NCBI GenBank assembly: GCA_965247775.1
Contig: OZ252031.1
Location: forward strand, 1,692,855-1,756,854
DNA from: Dehalococcoidia bacterium
GTDB lineage: Bacteria; Chloroflexota; Dehalococcoidia; Bin125
Direction: 5' to 3'
Length of the DNA stretch: 64,000 nucleotides
The notes under the pieces are model-generated. The model ran no database searches and was not told the origin of the DNA. It worked only from the letters and a program-made list of their open reading frames with translations. Positions 8,771 to 18,515 of the stretch are shown here, piece by piece. Within the stretch, counting starts at the first letter, position 1, and every line of letters starts with the position of its first letter. Position numbers and translations under genes: made by a program.

Positions 8771-10258
8771 ATGACGAACGCCGCGCTGGGGGAGACGCCG
8801 GCCCCGCCGTTGCCGCAGGACCAGGACTGGATCAACACGTCGCGGCCGCTGACGCTGGAGGATGTGCGCGGGCGGCTGGTGATCCTGCACTTGTGGACGT
8901 ACGCCTGAATCAACTGCCTGCACGTGCTTCCGCAGTTGCGGAAGCTGGAGCGTGGTTATGCGGATGCGCTCACGGTGATCTCGGTGCACTCGCCGAAGTT
9001 CCCGACGGAGCGGGAGACGGCGCATCTGCGGCAGGCGGTGCTGCGGCATCGGATCGAGCATCCGGTGCTGAACGATCGGGACTTCCACTACTGGCAGCAG
9101 CTAGGGGCGCGGGCCTGGCCGACGCTGTACTTCGTGGATCCGCTGGGCAACGTGATCGGGCGGCACGAGGGGGAGATCCGGGCGGAGGCGGTGGCGCCGC
9201 TGCTGGAGTCGTGGCTGGGGGAGTACCGGTCGGCGGGGCTGCTGGGGGGGACGACGCTGCCCCTGGAGCGGGCGACGGGGGTGGCGAGTCCGCTGTCGTT
9301 CCCGGGCAAGGTGGCGTACGACGAGGCGAGCGGGCGGCTGTTCGTCGCGGACAGCAACCATGACCGCGTGGTCGTTGGGCGGCTGGACGGGTCGGTGGAG
9401 CAGGTGGTGGGGAGCGGGGAGGCGGGGCTGGCGGACGGTGCGCCGGGGTCGGCCCGGTTCCGGCAGCCGCAGGGGATGACGGTATGGCGGGACGAGGCGG
9501 GGGAGGCGCTGTTCGTGGCGGATACGGAGAACCACGCGATCCGGCGGGTGGACCTGGAGAGCTGGGAGACGACGACGGTGGCGGGGACGGGGGAGCAGTG
9601 CGGGACGGCGCCGCAGCGGCGGGCGGCGCGGGGGGCGGCGCTGAACTCGCCCTGGGACGTCGTGGGGCGGGAGGGGCGGCTGTACGTGGCGATGGCGGGC
9701 TTCCACCAGTTGTGGGAGTTGGACCTGGAAGCGGGGATGATCGGGCCGTGGGCGGGGTCGATGCGAGAGGGGATCGTGGATGGGACGCGGGCGTCGGCGG
9801 AGCTGGCGCAGCCGAGCGGGCTGTCGCTGGGGGGGGAGGGGCTGGCGTTCGCGGATAGCGAGTCGAACGCGGTGCGGCTGGCGGGGGTCGGGGTTGGGGG
9901 CCGGGTCGAGACGGCGATCGGGGAGGGGTTGTTCGAGTTCGGGGACGCGGACGGGGGGCAGGGGGTGGCGCGGCTGCAGCATCCGCTGGACGTGGCCTGG
10001 CTGGGCGAGGAGCTGTATGTGGCGGACACGTTCAATCACAAGGTCAAGCAGGTCTTTCCGCGCACGCAGCAGGTGCGGACGGTGTGTGGGGGGCTGGGGG
10101 AGGCGGACGGGTCGTTGGGGGAGGCGCGGTTCAACGAGCCGGGGGGGATCTGCGCGGGGCCGGGGCGGAGTTTGGTCGTGGCGGACACGAATAACCACGC
10201 GGTGCGGGTGGTGGACTTGGCGGGGGGGAGGGTGCGGACGGTGGAACTCCGCCCATAA
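8771..10258 (+). CDS. selenoprotein candidate: thioredoxin-fold plus NHL-repeat protein (NHLRC2-like) with in-frame TGA (Sec46) in a U-x-x-C redox motif
   Basis: ATG 8771 follows aggag. Continuous frame 8771..10258 except TGA at 8906-8908. Context LVILHLWTYA-U-INCLHVLPQL aligns with the NHLRC2 FTYCCINC motif. NHL repeats follow. Stem-loop 8926-8945 lies downstream of the TGA. Confidence 0.7.
8926..8945 (+). promoter_or_regulatory. candidate bacterial SECIS hairpin (gcttccgc-AGTT-gcggaagc), about 20 nt downstream of UGA
   Basis: Perfect 8-bp stem with an AGUU loop, seen in the sequence. Confidence 0.45.
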
Positions 10259-10273
10259 CCCCCCCCTCCGTGG

Positions 10274-10289
10274 GGCGCGCGAGCGCGCC
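10274..10289 (+). terminator. GC-rich palindrome ggcgcgc-ga-gcgcgcc just after the NHL gene stop
   Basis: Perfect inverted repeat; no U-tract. Confidence 0.3.
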
Positions 10290-10864
10290 TCTCGACTTCG
10301 CTCGGGGGAACCTCGGGACGGGCGGGGCAACGAGAGCCGATCAGCGGATACAGCCGGGGCGGGGCTCGCCGATCACGCAGTTGTGAAGCATTCGGTGTCG
10401 GCATCCCGGCACAACGTGCGCTCTTGGCCGCCGACGTCGTACGTGAGGCAGTTCTGATGCCTCGTGCGGTGTCGTTCCGCGATGGGGTGGTAGCGCCAGG
10501 CGTCGCGGCTGTAGACATTCGTCACGATTGCATCCGGGTCTGGCGTATCCGGGTCTGGGACTGGCCCCTCGGGACTGGCCCCTCGGACTGGGCGATCCGC
10601 CCTTCCAAGCCGGGAGCGACCCCCGAGGAACAGGCTGCAATCAGGACGACCGTGGCCGGGCGGGCCAGGTCCAACCGGCGCATGTCGCGCAGCCCGACGG
10701 TCACAGGGCGCAGAGGGGGCTCCGCGGGCGGCGCTTCGGGGTCGGACGGTCGCGGGGAAGCGCCCGCCCGCGGGAGCGTGTCGCGACCGCTGCGACCGAT
10801 GGGTGGCGCCAGTGGCCGTGGTCGTTGCGCTCTCGCGGGAGTGGCCGTTGGGGCACCCGCTCGC

Positions 10865-11803
10865 TCAGGTCGAACGGGGCGAAGGTGCGAGGGAAGGAGC
10901 GGGGGTGCGGAAGGGGGCGGCGACGTCGCTGAGGAAGCGTTCGAGGGCGTCGCCTTTTTCGTCGATGGTGAGACCGAGGGGCCAATCGGGCAAGATGAAC
11001 TCGTCCAGGCCGAGGTCGGCGTAGGTGCCCAGGGTGGCCTGCATCTGGGCGGGGGAGCCGCTGAGCATGGGGCGGCCGCTGCTCTCGATGCGCTGGGTGA
11101 GGACAGCATCTTGGCTGAGGGGGACGAGGGCGACGGCGGAGCGCTGGATGGAGGCGGGGTCGCGGCGGATGCGGCGGCAGTGCTTGGCAAGCACGCGGGA
11201 TTTGTGGTCGATGACGGGGGGCAGGCCCCAGACGTTCCACTCGTCGGCGTAGTGGGCGGCGATGCGGAGGGTGACCTTTTCGCCGCCGCCACCGATGAGG
11301 AGGGGGAGGCGGTCCTGGAGGGGCTTGGGGGCGAGGGGGGCGCCGGTGAGCTGGTAGTGGGCGCCGGTGACGTCGGTGCGGTCCTTGCGCAGAAGTCCGG
11401 TGACGACGAGGCAGGCTTCCTCCAGGCGCTGGAGGCGCTCAGCGAGGCTGCCGAAGGGGATGCCGTAGGCGGCGTGCTCGTTCTCTTGCCAGCCGGCACC
11501 GAGGCCGAGGACGAAGCGGCCGCCGCTGATGATGTCGAGGCCGGCGGCCATCTTGGCGAGGACGGCGGGGTGGCGGTAGGTATTGCCGTTGACGAGGTGG
11601 CCGAGACGGACGCGGGGGATGTGGACGGCGAGGGCGCTGAGGGCGGTCCAGCTCTCGTTGACGGGCTGGGAGAGGTCGCCGGCCATGGGCATGAAGTGGT
11701 CGGCGTACCAGAGGCTGTCGATGCCGAGGGTCTCGGCGCGGCGGGCGAGGGCGAGGGTGTCGTTCCAGGGGGTGGCGGGCGTGGGCCAGAGGCCGAATCG
11801 CAT
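10865..11803 (-). CDS. LLM-class (luciferase-like) F420-dependent oxidoreductase
   Basis: LLM-family (luciferase-like) motifs. ATG at 11803 is preceded by gagaggag. Confidence 0.8.
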   Translation of the reverse strand: MRFGLWPTPATPWNDTLALARRAETLGIDSLWYADHFMPMAGDLSQPVNESWTALSALAVHIPRVRLGHLVNGNTYRHPAVLAKMAAGLDIISGGRFVLGLGAGWQENEHAAYGIPFGSLAERLQRLEEACLVVTGLLRKDRTDVTGAHYQLTGAPLAPKPLQDRLPLLIGGGGEKVTLRIAAHYADEWNVWGLPPVIDHKSRVLAKHCRRIRRDPASIQRSAVALVPLSQDAVLTQRIESSGRPMLSGSPAQMQATLGTYADLGLDEFILPDWPLGLTIDEKGDALERFLSDVAAPFRTPAPSLAPSPRST

Positions 11804-11937
11804 GGGTGCGCTCCTCTCGGCGGGATCGTCGCGGTGCATACTAGGTGGAGCGAGGAGGCCAGGGTGCGCGCGTGCGCGGGTGTGCGTCAGGGGCGAGGAA
11901 TGACGGCGCCGCGCCGAGACGATGGGAGGAGCGTGCG

Positions 11938-12618
11938 TTGACGAGCGTGCTGGTGGTGGAGGACGAGCGCAGCCTGAGCGAGACGCTGCGCTTCAATCTG
12001 GAGCGCGAGGGCTACGAGGTCCACACGGCGGGCGACGGGAAGAGCGGCCTGGCGCTGGCGCGGCGCCTGGAACCGGACCTGATCATCCTGGATGTGATGC
12101 TGCCGGCGCTGAGCGGGACGGAAGTGCTGCGGCAGTTGCGGACGGATTCCGATGTGCCGGTCCTGCTGCTGACGGCGCGGACGGGGGAGATCGACCGGGT
12201 GCAGGGGCTGGACTTGGGGGCGGACGACTACATCACCAAGCCGTTCGGTCTGGCGGAGCTGCTGGCGCGCGTGCGGGCACACCTGCGGCGGCGGGTAGGG
12301 ATCGGAGAGGCGTCGTCGTCGGTGATCGAGTTCGCGGGGCGGGCGTTGGACCTGGCACGGCGGGAGTTGCGGCGGGGCGAGGCGGTGGTGGCCCTGCGGC
12401 CGAAGGAATACGATCTGCTGGCGTACCTGGTGCAGCATCCGGGGCAGACGTTCACGCGGGACGCGTTGCTGAACGACGTCTGGGACATCGATTTCGGAGG
12501 GGGGACGCGGACGGTGGACGTCCACATCCGCTGGCTGCGGCAGAAGCTGGAGGAGGACCCGGCCAGCCCGCGACACCTGATCACGGTGCGGGGCGCGGGC
12601 TACCGCTTCGAGCTGTGA
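11938..12618 (+). CDS. OmpR/PhoB-family response regulator
   Basis: Receiver domain (VLVVEDE, D...LDVMLP, K) plus winged-helix C-terminal domain. TTG start lies 7 nt after gggagga. Confidence 0.8.
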   Translation: MTSVLVVEDERSLSETLRFNLEREGYEVHTAGDGKSGLALARRLEPDLIILDVMLPALSGTEVLRQLRTDSDVPVLLLTARTGEIDRVQGLDLGADDYITKPFGLAELLARVRAHLRRRVGIGEASSSVIEFAGRALDLARRELRRGEAVVALRPKEYDLLAYLVQHPGQTFTRDALLNDVWDIDFGGGTRTVDVHIRWLRQKLEEDPASPRHLITVRGAGYRFEL

Positions 12619-13976
12619 TGCGGGGCGGGCGGGCGCCGGGCGCGGTGGCGTATGCGGTCGTGGCGGTGTCACTGGCGCTGCTGGCGCTGGTGGGGGCGGT
12701 GGCGGTGCCGGAAGCGGACGACGAGGGGGCGGTGATCGCGATCCTGGCGGCGGCGGCGGCGCTGTCGGCGGCGGGGGGGCTGGCGGTGGAGCGGCTGGCG
12801 GGGGCGCCGGCGTCGCGGCTGGCGCGCGCGGTGCGGCGGCTGCAGTCGGGCGAAGAGTGGGCGCCGCCGACGGTGTCGGGGGACGCGGGGGTGAACGCGG
12901 TCGCGGAGGGAGTGGGGGAGGTGGTGGCGACGCAGCGGCAGCAGCGTGATCGGGCGGCGGCGGAGCGGGGGCGGCTGGAGGAGGCGCTGGCGGCGGCGGC
13001 GGACGTGGTGATCGCGGTGGATGGAGAGGAGCGGGTGGTCTACGCGAATCCGGCGGCCGGGTCGGTGCTGACGGGGCGGGCGGGAGAGGCGCTGGGGCGC
13101 CCGTTGCTGGCGGTGCTGAGCGACCACGAGGTACACGATCTGGTGTCGCGGGCGCTCGCGGCGGGGCAGGGGGAAGCGCCGCCGCAGGCGGCGATCCGGC
13201 GGGATGAGCGGCACTATCAGGTGACGGCGCGGCCGGTGGTGGGGGGCGGGCCGTGGGCGGCGGTCCTGGTGATGCAGGATGTGACGCCGGCGCAGGAGGC
13301 GGAGGCGACGCGGCGGGAATTCGTGGCGAATGTGTCGCACGAACTGCGGACGCCGCTGGCGGCGATCTCCGCGGCGACGGAGACGCTGGAGACGGGGCTG
13401 AGCGGGGAGGACAGCAAGCGCTTTCACGCGATCATCCACCGGGAGGCGGACAAGATGGCGCAGCTAGTGGAAGAGATGCTGGACCTGGCACGGCTGGAGT
13501 CGGGGCTGGCGCAACCGCAGATCGCGCCGGTGGACGTGGGGCTGGTGGCGCGGGGGGCGCTGGAGCGGGTGCGGCCGCAGGCGGAGCGGGCGGGGCTGCG
13601 CCTGGCGCTGGTCTGCGAGCAGGAGTGCGTGGTGGAGGCGGACGCGGATCTGGTGCAGCGGGCACTGGGGAACCTGCTGCACAACGCGCTGAAGTTCACG
13701 CCGTCGCCGGGGCGGGTGTCGCTGGAGGTGCGACGGGAGGGGGAGGCGGTTTGGCTGCTGGTCCACGACACGGGGATCGGGATCCCGGCCGAGGAGCAGG
13801 GACGGGCGTTCCAGCGCTTCTACCGGGCGGATCGGGCGCGGCGACGGGAGGGGACGGGGCTGGGGCTAGCGCTGGTGCGGCACATCGCGGAGTCACATGG
13901 GGGAACGGTGCAAGTGGAGAGCGCGGTGGGGGTGGGGTCGACGTTCGGGTTCTCGCTGCCGCAGGCGGACGGCTGA
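12618..13976 (+). CDS. sensor histidine kinase (PhoR-like; TM, PAS, HisKA, HATPase)
   Basis: ATG overlaps the RR stop (TGATG). H-box HELRTPL; G-box GTGLGL. Sits directly upstream of pstSCAB-phoU. Confidence 0.8.
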   Translation: MRGGRAPGAVAYAVVAVSLALLALVGAVAVPEADDEGAVIAILAAAAALSAAGGLAVERLAGAPASRLARAVRRLQSGEEWAPPTVSGDAGVNAVAEGVGEVVATQRQQRDRAAAERGRLEEALAAAADVVIAVDGEERVVYANPAAGSVLTGRAGEALGRPLLAVLSDHEVHDLVSRALAAGQGEAPPQAAIRRDERHYQVTARPVVGGGPWAAVLVMQDVTPAQEAEATRREFVANVSHELRTPLAAISAATETLETGLSGEDSKRFHAIIHREADKMAQLVEEMLDLARLESGLAQPQIAPVDVGLVARGALERVRPQAERAGLRLALVCEQECVVEADADLVQRALGNLLHNALKFTPSPGRVSLEVRREGEAVWLLVHDTGIGIPAEEQGRAFQRFYRADRARRREGTGLGLALVRHIAESHGGTVQVESAVGVGSTFGFSLPQADG

Positions 13977-14009
13977 TCGGGGCCCGGTGGGACCCGGCCC
14001 GCGCGGCAT

Positions 14010-14048
14010 TTAACAGCGCGCAGGCGGAGCCTTAAACGGACGTTAACC
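14010..14048 (+). promoter_or_regulatory. candidate Pho box: three TTAAC(A/C) direct repeats at 14010, 14032 and 14043 (11-bp phasing)
   Basis: AT-rich hexamers in a GC-rich spacer between the kinase stop and pstS. Spacings of 22 and 11 bp. Confidence 0.35.
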
Positions 14049-14138
14049 GACGGGCCGGGGGCAGTTCATACGCTCCGGACGATGATGGAGTGGCACGATC
14101 GGGAGGAGCCCTTGGCGTGTGCGCCCCCTTTGCGGCTC

Positions 14139-15164
14139 ATGTGGCGGCTCTTGGGCCGCCGGCGTGGGCCGGCGCTGATCGCGGCGGCGGCGCTGGTGGC
14201 GGCGGCGTGCGCGGGCGGCGACAGCGGGAACGGCGGTGGGACAAGGCTGAGTGGGACGATCGAGATGGCGGGGTCGAGCACGGTGTTCCCGATCGCGGAG
14301 GCGTGGGCGGAGGAGTTCGGGCTGCAGGAGCGGCGGGTGCGGGTGAATGTGGCGTCGATCGGCTCGGGGGCGGGGTTTCAGCGCTTCTGCAACGGGGAGA
14401 CGGACATTTCCAACGCCTCGCGTCCGATCAAGCCGTCGGAGGTGGAGCGCTGCGGGGGGAACGGGGTGGCGTTCATTGAGATCCCGGTGGCGTTCGACGG
14501 GCTGTCGGTGGTGGTGAACGTGGAGAACGACTGGGTGGACTTCCTGACGGTGGCGGAGCTGGCGCGGATCTTCGGGCCGACGGACTTCGCGAAGCGCTGG
14601 TCGGAGGTGCGGACGACGTGGCCGGAGGAGAGGATCGATCTCTTCTCGCCGGGGGCGGATTCGGGCACGTTCGATTACTTCACGGACGAGATCAACGGCG
14701 AGGAGGACGTGCAGCGCGTTGAGAACACGCAGTTCTCCGAGGACGACAACGTGCTGGTGCAGGGGGTGGCCGGGGAGACGGGCGGGATCGGCTATTTCGG
14801 CTTCGCCTTCTTCGTGAACAACGCGGACAAGATCCGGGCGGTGCCGATCGACCCGGGGACGGGGGGCGTCAGCCCGTCGATCGCGACGATCGCGGACGGC
14901 AGCTACCGGCCGCTGTCGCGGCCGCTGTTCATTTACGTCACCGTCGAATCGCTGGCGCGGCCGGAGGTCCAGGCATTCGTGGAATGGGCACTGGACGCGA
15001 ACAACGGCCGACGCCTGGTGGACGATCCCACGGTTGGCTACGTGCAACTGCCGGACGCGGTCTACGCGGCCAGCCTGGCGCGCGTGCGGGCGGGGCAGGC
15101 GACGGGGTCCTTGCACCTCGATGCGCCCGCGGGGGCGACGCTGGAAGAGGTGTTCGTGCCGTAG
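14139..15164 (+). CDS. pstS: phosphate ABC transporter substrate-binding lipoprotein
   Basis: PstS-family periplasmic binding protein. Lipoprotein signal MWRLLGRRRGPALIAAAALVAAAC. Alternative ATG at 14082. Confidence 0.8.
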   Translation: MWRLLGRRRGPALIAAAALVAAACAGGDSGNGGGTRLSGTIEMAGSSTVFPIAEAWAEEFGLQERRVRVNVASIGSGAGFQRFCNGETDISNASRPIKPSEVERCGGNGVAFIEIPVAFDGLSVVVNVENDWVDFLTVAELARIFGPTDFAKRWSEVRTTWPEERIDLFSPGADSGTFDYFTDEINGEEDVQRVENTQFSEDDNVLVQGVAGETGGIGYFGFAFFVNNADKIRAVPIDPGTGGVSPSIATIADGSYRPLSRPLFIYVTVESLARPEVQAFVEWALDANNGRRLVDDPTVGYVQLPDAVYAASLARVRAGQATGSLHLDAPAGATLEEVFVP

Positions 15165-15220
15165 CGCGAGTGGAGCGGGCTGATCGAATCGCCGGGGCCC
15201 GGGGGAGGGTCCGGCAGGGA

Positions 15221-15239
15221 CGGCCGCGGAGCGCGGCCG
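15221..15239 (+). terminator. intercistronic stem-loop cggccgcg-gag-cgcggccg between pstS and pstC
   Basis: Perfect 8-bp GC stem, 57 nt after the pstS stop. Confidence 0.35.
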
Positions 15240-15261
15240 CTTGGTGGCGGGGAAGACGTGG

Positions 15262-16251
15262 ATGACGGTGCGGACGCCCGGGATGGATCCGTCCGGCCGG
15301 GCGAGGCTGCGGGCGCGGGCGAGCCAGATCTGGCGGGACTGGCTGAGCCCGAGCCGGAGCGGGACGGGGCGGGAGACGGCGAGCGGGCGGGCGATGCACG
15401 CGCTGCTGTTTCTGTCGGCGCTGCTGTCGGTGGGGGTGACGCTGGGCATCGTCTCGGTGCTGATCTTCGAGACGGTGGAGTTCTTCCGGGAAATCCCGCT
15501 GGGGGACTTTTTCGGCGATACGGTGTGGTCGCCGCTGATCGGGGTGGAGAAGCGCTTTGGGGTGTGGGCGCTGGTGTGGGGGACGGCGCTGGTGGCGCTG
15601 CTGGCGCTGGCGGTGGCGGCGCCGGTGGGGCTGCTGACCGCGATTTACCTGAGTGAGTACGCGCCGCCCCGGGTGCACGCCGTGCTGAAGCCGGTGCTGG
15701 AGATCCTGGCGGGGATCCCGACGGTGGTGTACGGGTTCTTCGCGTTGCTGTTCATCACGCCGATCATCCGCAGCATCTTTCCGGAGACGACGATTTTCAA
15801 CGCGCTCAGCGCGGGGATCGTGGTGGGGGTGATGATCGTCCCGATGATCTCGTCGTTGAGTGAGGACGCATTCGCGGCGGTGCCGAACGCGCTGCGGGAG
15901 GGGGCGTACGCGCTGGGGGCGACGCGGATGGAGACGGCGTTGCGGGTGGTGCTGCCGGCGGCGCTGTCGGGGGTGGTGGCGTCGGTGATTCTGGCGGCCT
16001 CGCGGGCGATCGGGGAGACGATGATCGTGACGGTGGCGGCGGGGCAGAATCCGGCCTTCCTGGCGAATCCGCTGGAGGCGATCCAGACGATGACGGCGTT
16101 CATCGTGCAGATCAGTTTGGGGGACGCGCCGGCGGAGAGCATTGAGGCGAAGACGTTGTTCGCGGTTGGGATGACGCTGTTCGTGATGACGCTAGCGATG
16201 AACGTGGTGGCGGGCTGGGTGGCGAGCCGGTTCCGGGAGCAGTACGAATGA
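15262..16251 (+). CDS. pstC: phosphate ABC transporter permease
   Basis: PstC topology and EAA loop. Start is uncertain (TTG 15241 or ATG 15262). Confidence 0.8.
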   Translation: MTVRTPGMDPSGRARLRARASQIWRDWLSPSRSGTGRETASGRAMHALLFLSALLSVGVTLGIVSVLIFETVEFFREIPLGDFFGDTVWSPLIGVEKRFGVWALVWGTALVALLALAVAAPVGLLTAIYLSEYAPPRVHAVLKPVLEILAGIPTVVYGFFALLFITPIIRSIFPETTIFNALSAGIVVGVMIVPMISSLSEDAFAAVPNALREGAYALGATRMETALRVVLPAALSGVVASVILAASRAIGETMIVTVAAGQNPAFLANPLEAIQTMTAFIVQISLGDAPAESIEAKTLFAVGMTLFVMTLAMNVVAGWVASRFREQYE

Positions 16252-17417
16252 GGGCCTGGGAGAGGGGGGCGGCGCAGGAGGCGGGCGTGTGGCGTCCGCG
16301 GCTGGGGCTGCGCAAGGCAACGGGCGGGGTGTTCGTGGGGCTGTGCCTGGGGTCGGTGCTGGTGGGGCTGGTGATGCTGACGGCGCTGGTGGTGGACGTG
16401 TCGCTGGACGGGGCGTCGCGGCTGTTCGCGGGGCCGGATCTGTCGCGGTCGGCGCGGTACTTCGGGATCGGGATGGGGGCGGTGTTCCCGCTGATCTTCG
16501 TGTTCCGCCGGCTGGCGGCGCGGGGGGTGACACTGCAGCAGTGGGTGGAGCCGCGATGGACGGTGCGGCACAGGGGGACACGGGCGCTGTGGTGGCTGCC
16601 GGCGCTGGTGGTGCTGCGGCTGCCGCGGGCGTTGGGGCGGCTGCCGCTGATCTTCGTGGGGCTGCTGATCGCGGCCTGGCTGGTGTACCTATTCTTGGAT
16701 CAGGTGTTCCTGACGTCTTTCGCGTCGCGGTTTCCGGAGCGGGCGGGGATCTACGCGCCGCTGGTGGGGACGCTGTACATGATGGCGATCACGGTGGCGG
16801 TGGCGTTTCCGCTGGGGGTGGGGGCGGCGATCTACTTGGAGGAGTACGCGCGGCGGAACTGGTTCGCGCGGCTGATCCAGTTGAACATCGCAAATCTGGC
16901 GGGGGTGCCGTCGATCGTGTATGGGCTGCTGGGGTTGCAGCTGTTCGTGCGGGCGATGGAGCTGGAGCGGAGCGTGCTGGCGGGGGCGCTGACGATGGCG
17001 CTGCTGGTGATGCCGATCATCATTGTGAGCGCGCAGGAGTCGTTGCGGGCGGTGCCGCCGTCGATGCGGGAGGGGGCGTACGCGCTGGGGGCGACGCGCT
17101 GGCAGGTAGTGCGGACGAGCGTGCTGCCATACGCGTTCGGGGGGATGCTGACGGGGAACATTCTGGCGATGTCGCGGGCGATCGGGGAGACGGCGCCGAT
17201 TCTGGTGATCGGGGGACTGACGTTCATCGCTTTCCTGCCGGCGTCGCCTACGGATTCGTTCACGATCCTGCCGATCCAGATCTTCAACTGGATCTCGCGG
17301 CCGCAGGAGGATTTCCAGCTAATCGCGGCGGCGGGGATTCTGATCCTGCTGCTGATTCTGCTGCTGATGAACAGCAGCGCGATCATTCTCCGCCAGCGCA
17401 CGCGGGTGCGCTGGTGA
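16248..17417 (+). CDS. pstA: phosphate ABC transporter permease
   Basis: PstA family. ATGA overlap with the pstC stop. Confidence 0.9.
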   Translation: MRAWERGAAQEAGVWRPRLGLRKATGGVFVGLCLGSVLVGLVMLTALVVDVSLDGASRLFAGPDLSRSARYFGIGMGAVFPLIFVFRRLAARGVTLQQWVEPRWTVRHRGTRALWWLPALVVLRLPRALGRLPLIFVGLLIAAWLVYLFLDQVFLTSFASRFPERAGIYAPLVGTLYMMAITVAVAFPLGVGAAIYLEEYARRNWFARLIQLNIANLAGVPSIVYGLLGLQLFVRAMELERSVLAGALTMALLVMPIIIVSAQESLRAVPPSMREGAYALGATRWQVVRTSVLPYAFGGMLTGNILAMSRAIGETAPILVIGGLTFIAFLPASPTDSFTILPIQIFNWISRPQEDFQLIAAAGILILLLILLLMNSSAIILRQRTRVRW

Positions 17418-17495
17418 GGGCATTCTCCGCCAGCGCACGCGGGTGCGCTGGTGAGGGCATTCTGCGCCCGCGCAGGCGGGTGGGCGGGTGAGGGG
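17385..17495 (+). repeat. 37-bp tandem triplication; copy 1 is the 3' end of pstA, each unit has the hairpin cagcgcac-gcgg-gtgcgctg, and copy 3 is degenerate
   Basis: attctccgccagcgcacgcgggtgcgctggtgagggc occurs twice perfectly, then once degenerate. The third copy overlaps the pstB RBS. Confidence 0.8.
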
Positions 17496-17505
17496 AGCGG
17501 CTAGC

Positions 17506-18465
17506 ATGGCGATTCCGGTGACGGGCGAGACGAGCGAAGAGGCGAACGGGACGGACCGGGGGCCAGCCGGGGGGGTGCGGCTGCCGGAGCGGCAGCGCGG
17601 GGGGGCGGCGGAGGGGGCGGCGGGAGGGGGCGACCATCGGGGGCGGGAGCTGCTGGAGGAGATCGCGGCTGGGCGGGGGGCGCTGCGGCACGAGCTGGAG
17701 GAGGAGGTGGCGCTGGAGCTGCGGGCGGTGTCGGCGTACTACGGGGCGTTCCAGGCGCTGGACGAGATCACGTTCGACGTGCCGAAGTACAAGGTGACGG
17801 CGCTGATCGGGCCGTCGGGGTGCGGCAAGAGTACGCTGCTGCGCTGCTTCAACCGGATGAATGATCTGATCCCGAGCGCGCGGATCACGGGGTCGATCCA
17901 GTTCGCGGGGCGGAACCTGCTGGATCCGGCGGTGGACGCGGTGAACGTGCGGCGGCGGATCGGCATGGTGTTCCAGAAGCCGAATCCGTTCCCGAAGTCC
18001 ATCCACGCGAACGTGGCGTTCGGGCCGAAGATCAATGGGTATCAGGGGGATCTGGAGGCGCTGGTGGAGGAGTCGTTGCGGCGGGCGGCGCTGTGGGGGG
18101 AGGTGAAAGACGATCTGTCGAAGAGTGCGCTGGAGCTATCGGGGGGGCAGCAGCAGCGGCTGTGCATTGCGCGGGCGATCGCGGTGCAGCCGGAGATCAT
18201 CCTGATGGATGAGCCGGCGAGCGCGCTGGACCCGGTGGCGACACTGAAGATCGAGGATCTGATGCGGGAGCTGGCGGAGGACTACACGATCCTGGTGGTG
18301 ACCCACAACATGCAACAGGCGGCGCGGGTGTCCTCCTATACTGCGTTCCTTCTGGCGGGAGAGGAGCGGACAGGGCGCCTGGTGGAGTTTGGGCCGACGC
18401 AGGAGATCTTCACGAACCCGGGCGACCGCCGTACCGAGGACTACATCACGGGGCGCTATGGCTGA
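17506..18465 (+). CDS. pstB: phosphate ABC transporter ATP-binding protein
   Basis: Walker [10 protein letters not shown], signature [12 protein letters not shown] follows gaggggag. About 60-aa Gly/Ala-rich N-terminal extension. Confidence 0.9.
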   Translation: MAIPVTGETSEEANGTDRGPAGGVRLPERQRGGAAEGAAGGGDHRGRELLEEIAAGRGALRHELEEEVALELRAVSAYYGAFQALDEITFDVPKYKVTALIGPSGCGKSTLLRCFNRMNDLIPSARITGSIQFAGRNLLDPAVDAVNVRRRIGMVFQKPNPFPKSIHANVAFGPKINGYQGDLEALVEESLRRAALWGEVKDDLSKSALELSGGQQQRLCIARAIAVQPEIILMDEPASALDPVATLKIEDLMRELAEDYTILVVTHNMQQAARVSSYTAFLLAGEERTGRLVEFGPTQEIFTNPGDRRTEDYITGRYG

Positions 18466-18515
18466 TCCCATGCCCGAGGGGCCACGGGCGGCGCCCGGAC
18501 CGGCAAGGAGCCCCG

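Noticed and set aside
13977-14005. Intrinsic terminator after the histidine kinase gene
   Set aside because: Only a 4-bp ccgg/ccgg stem can be drawn and there is no U-tract, so it is not convincing.
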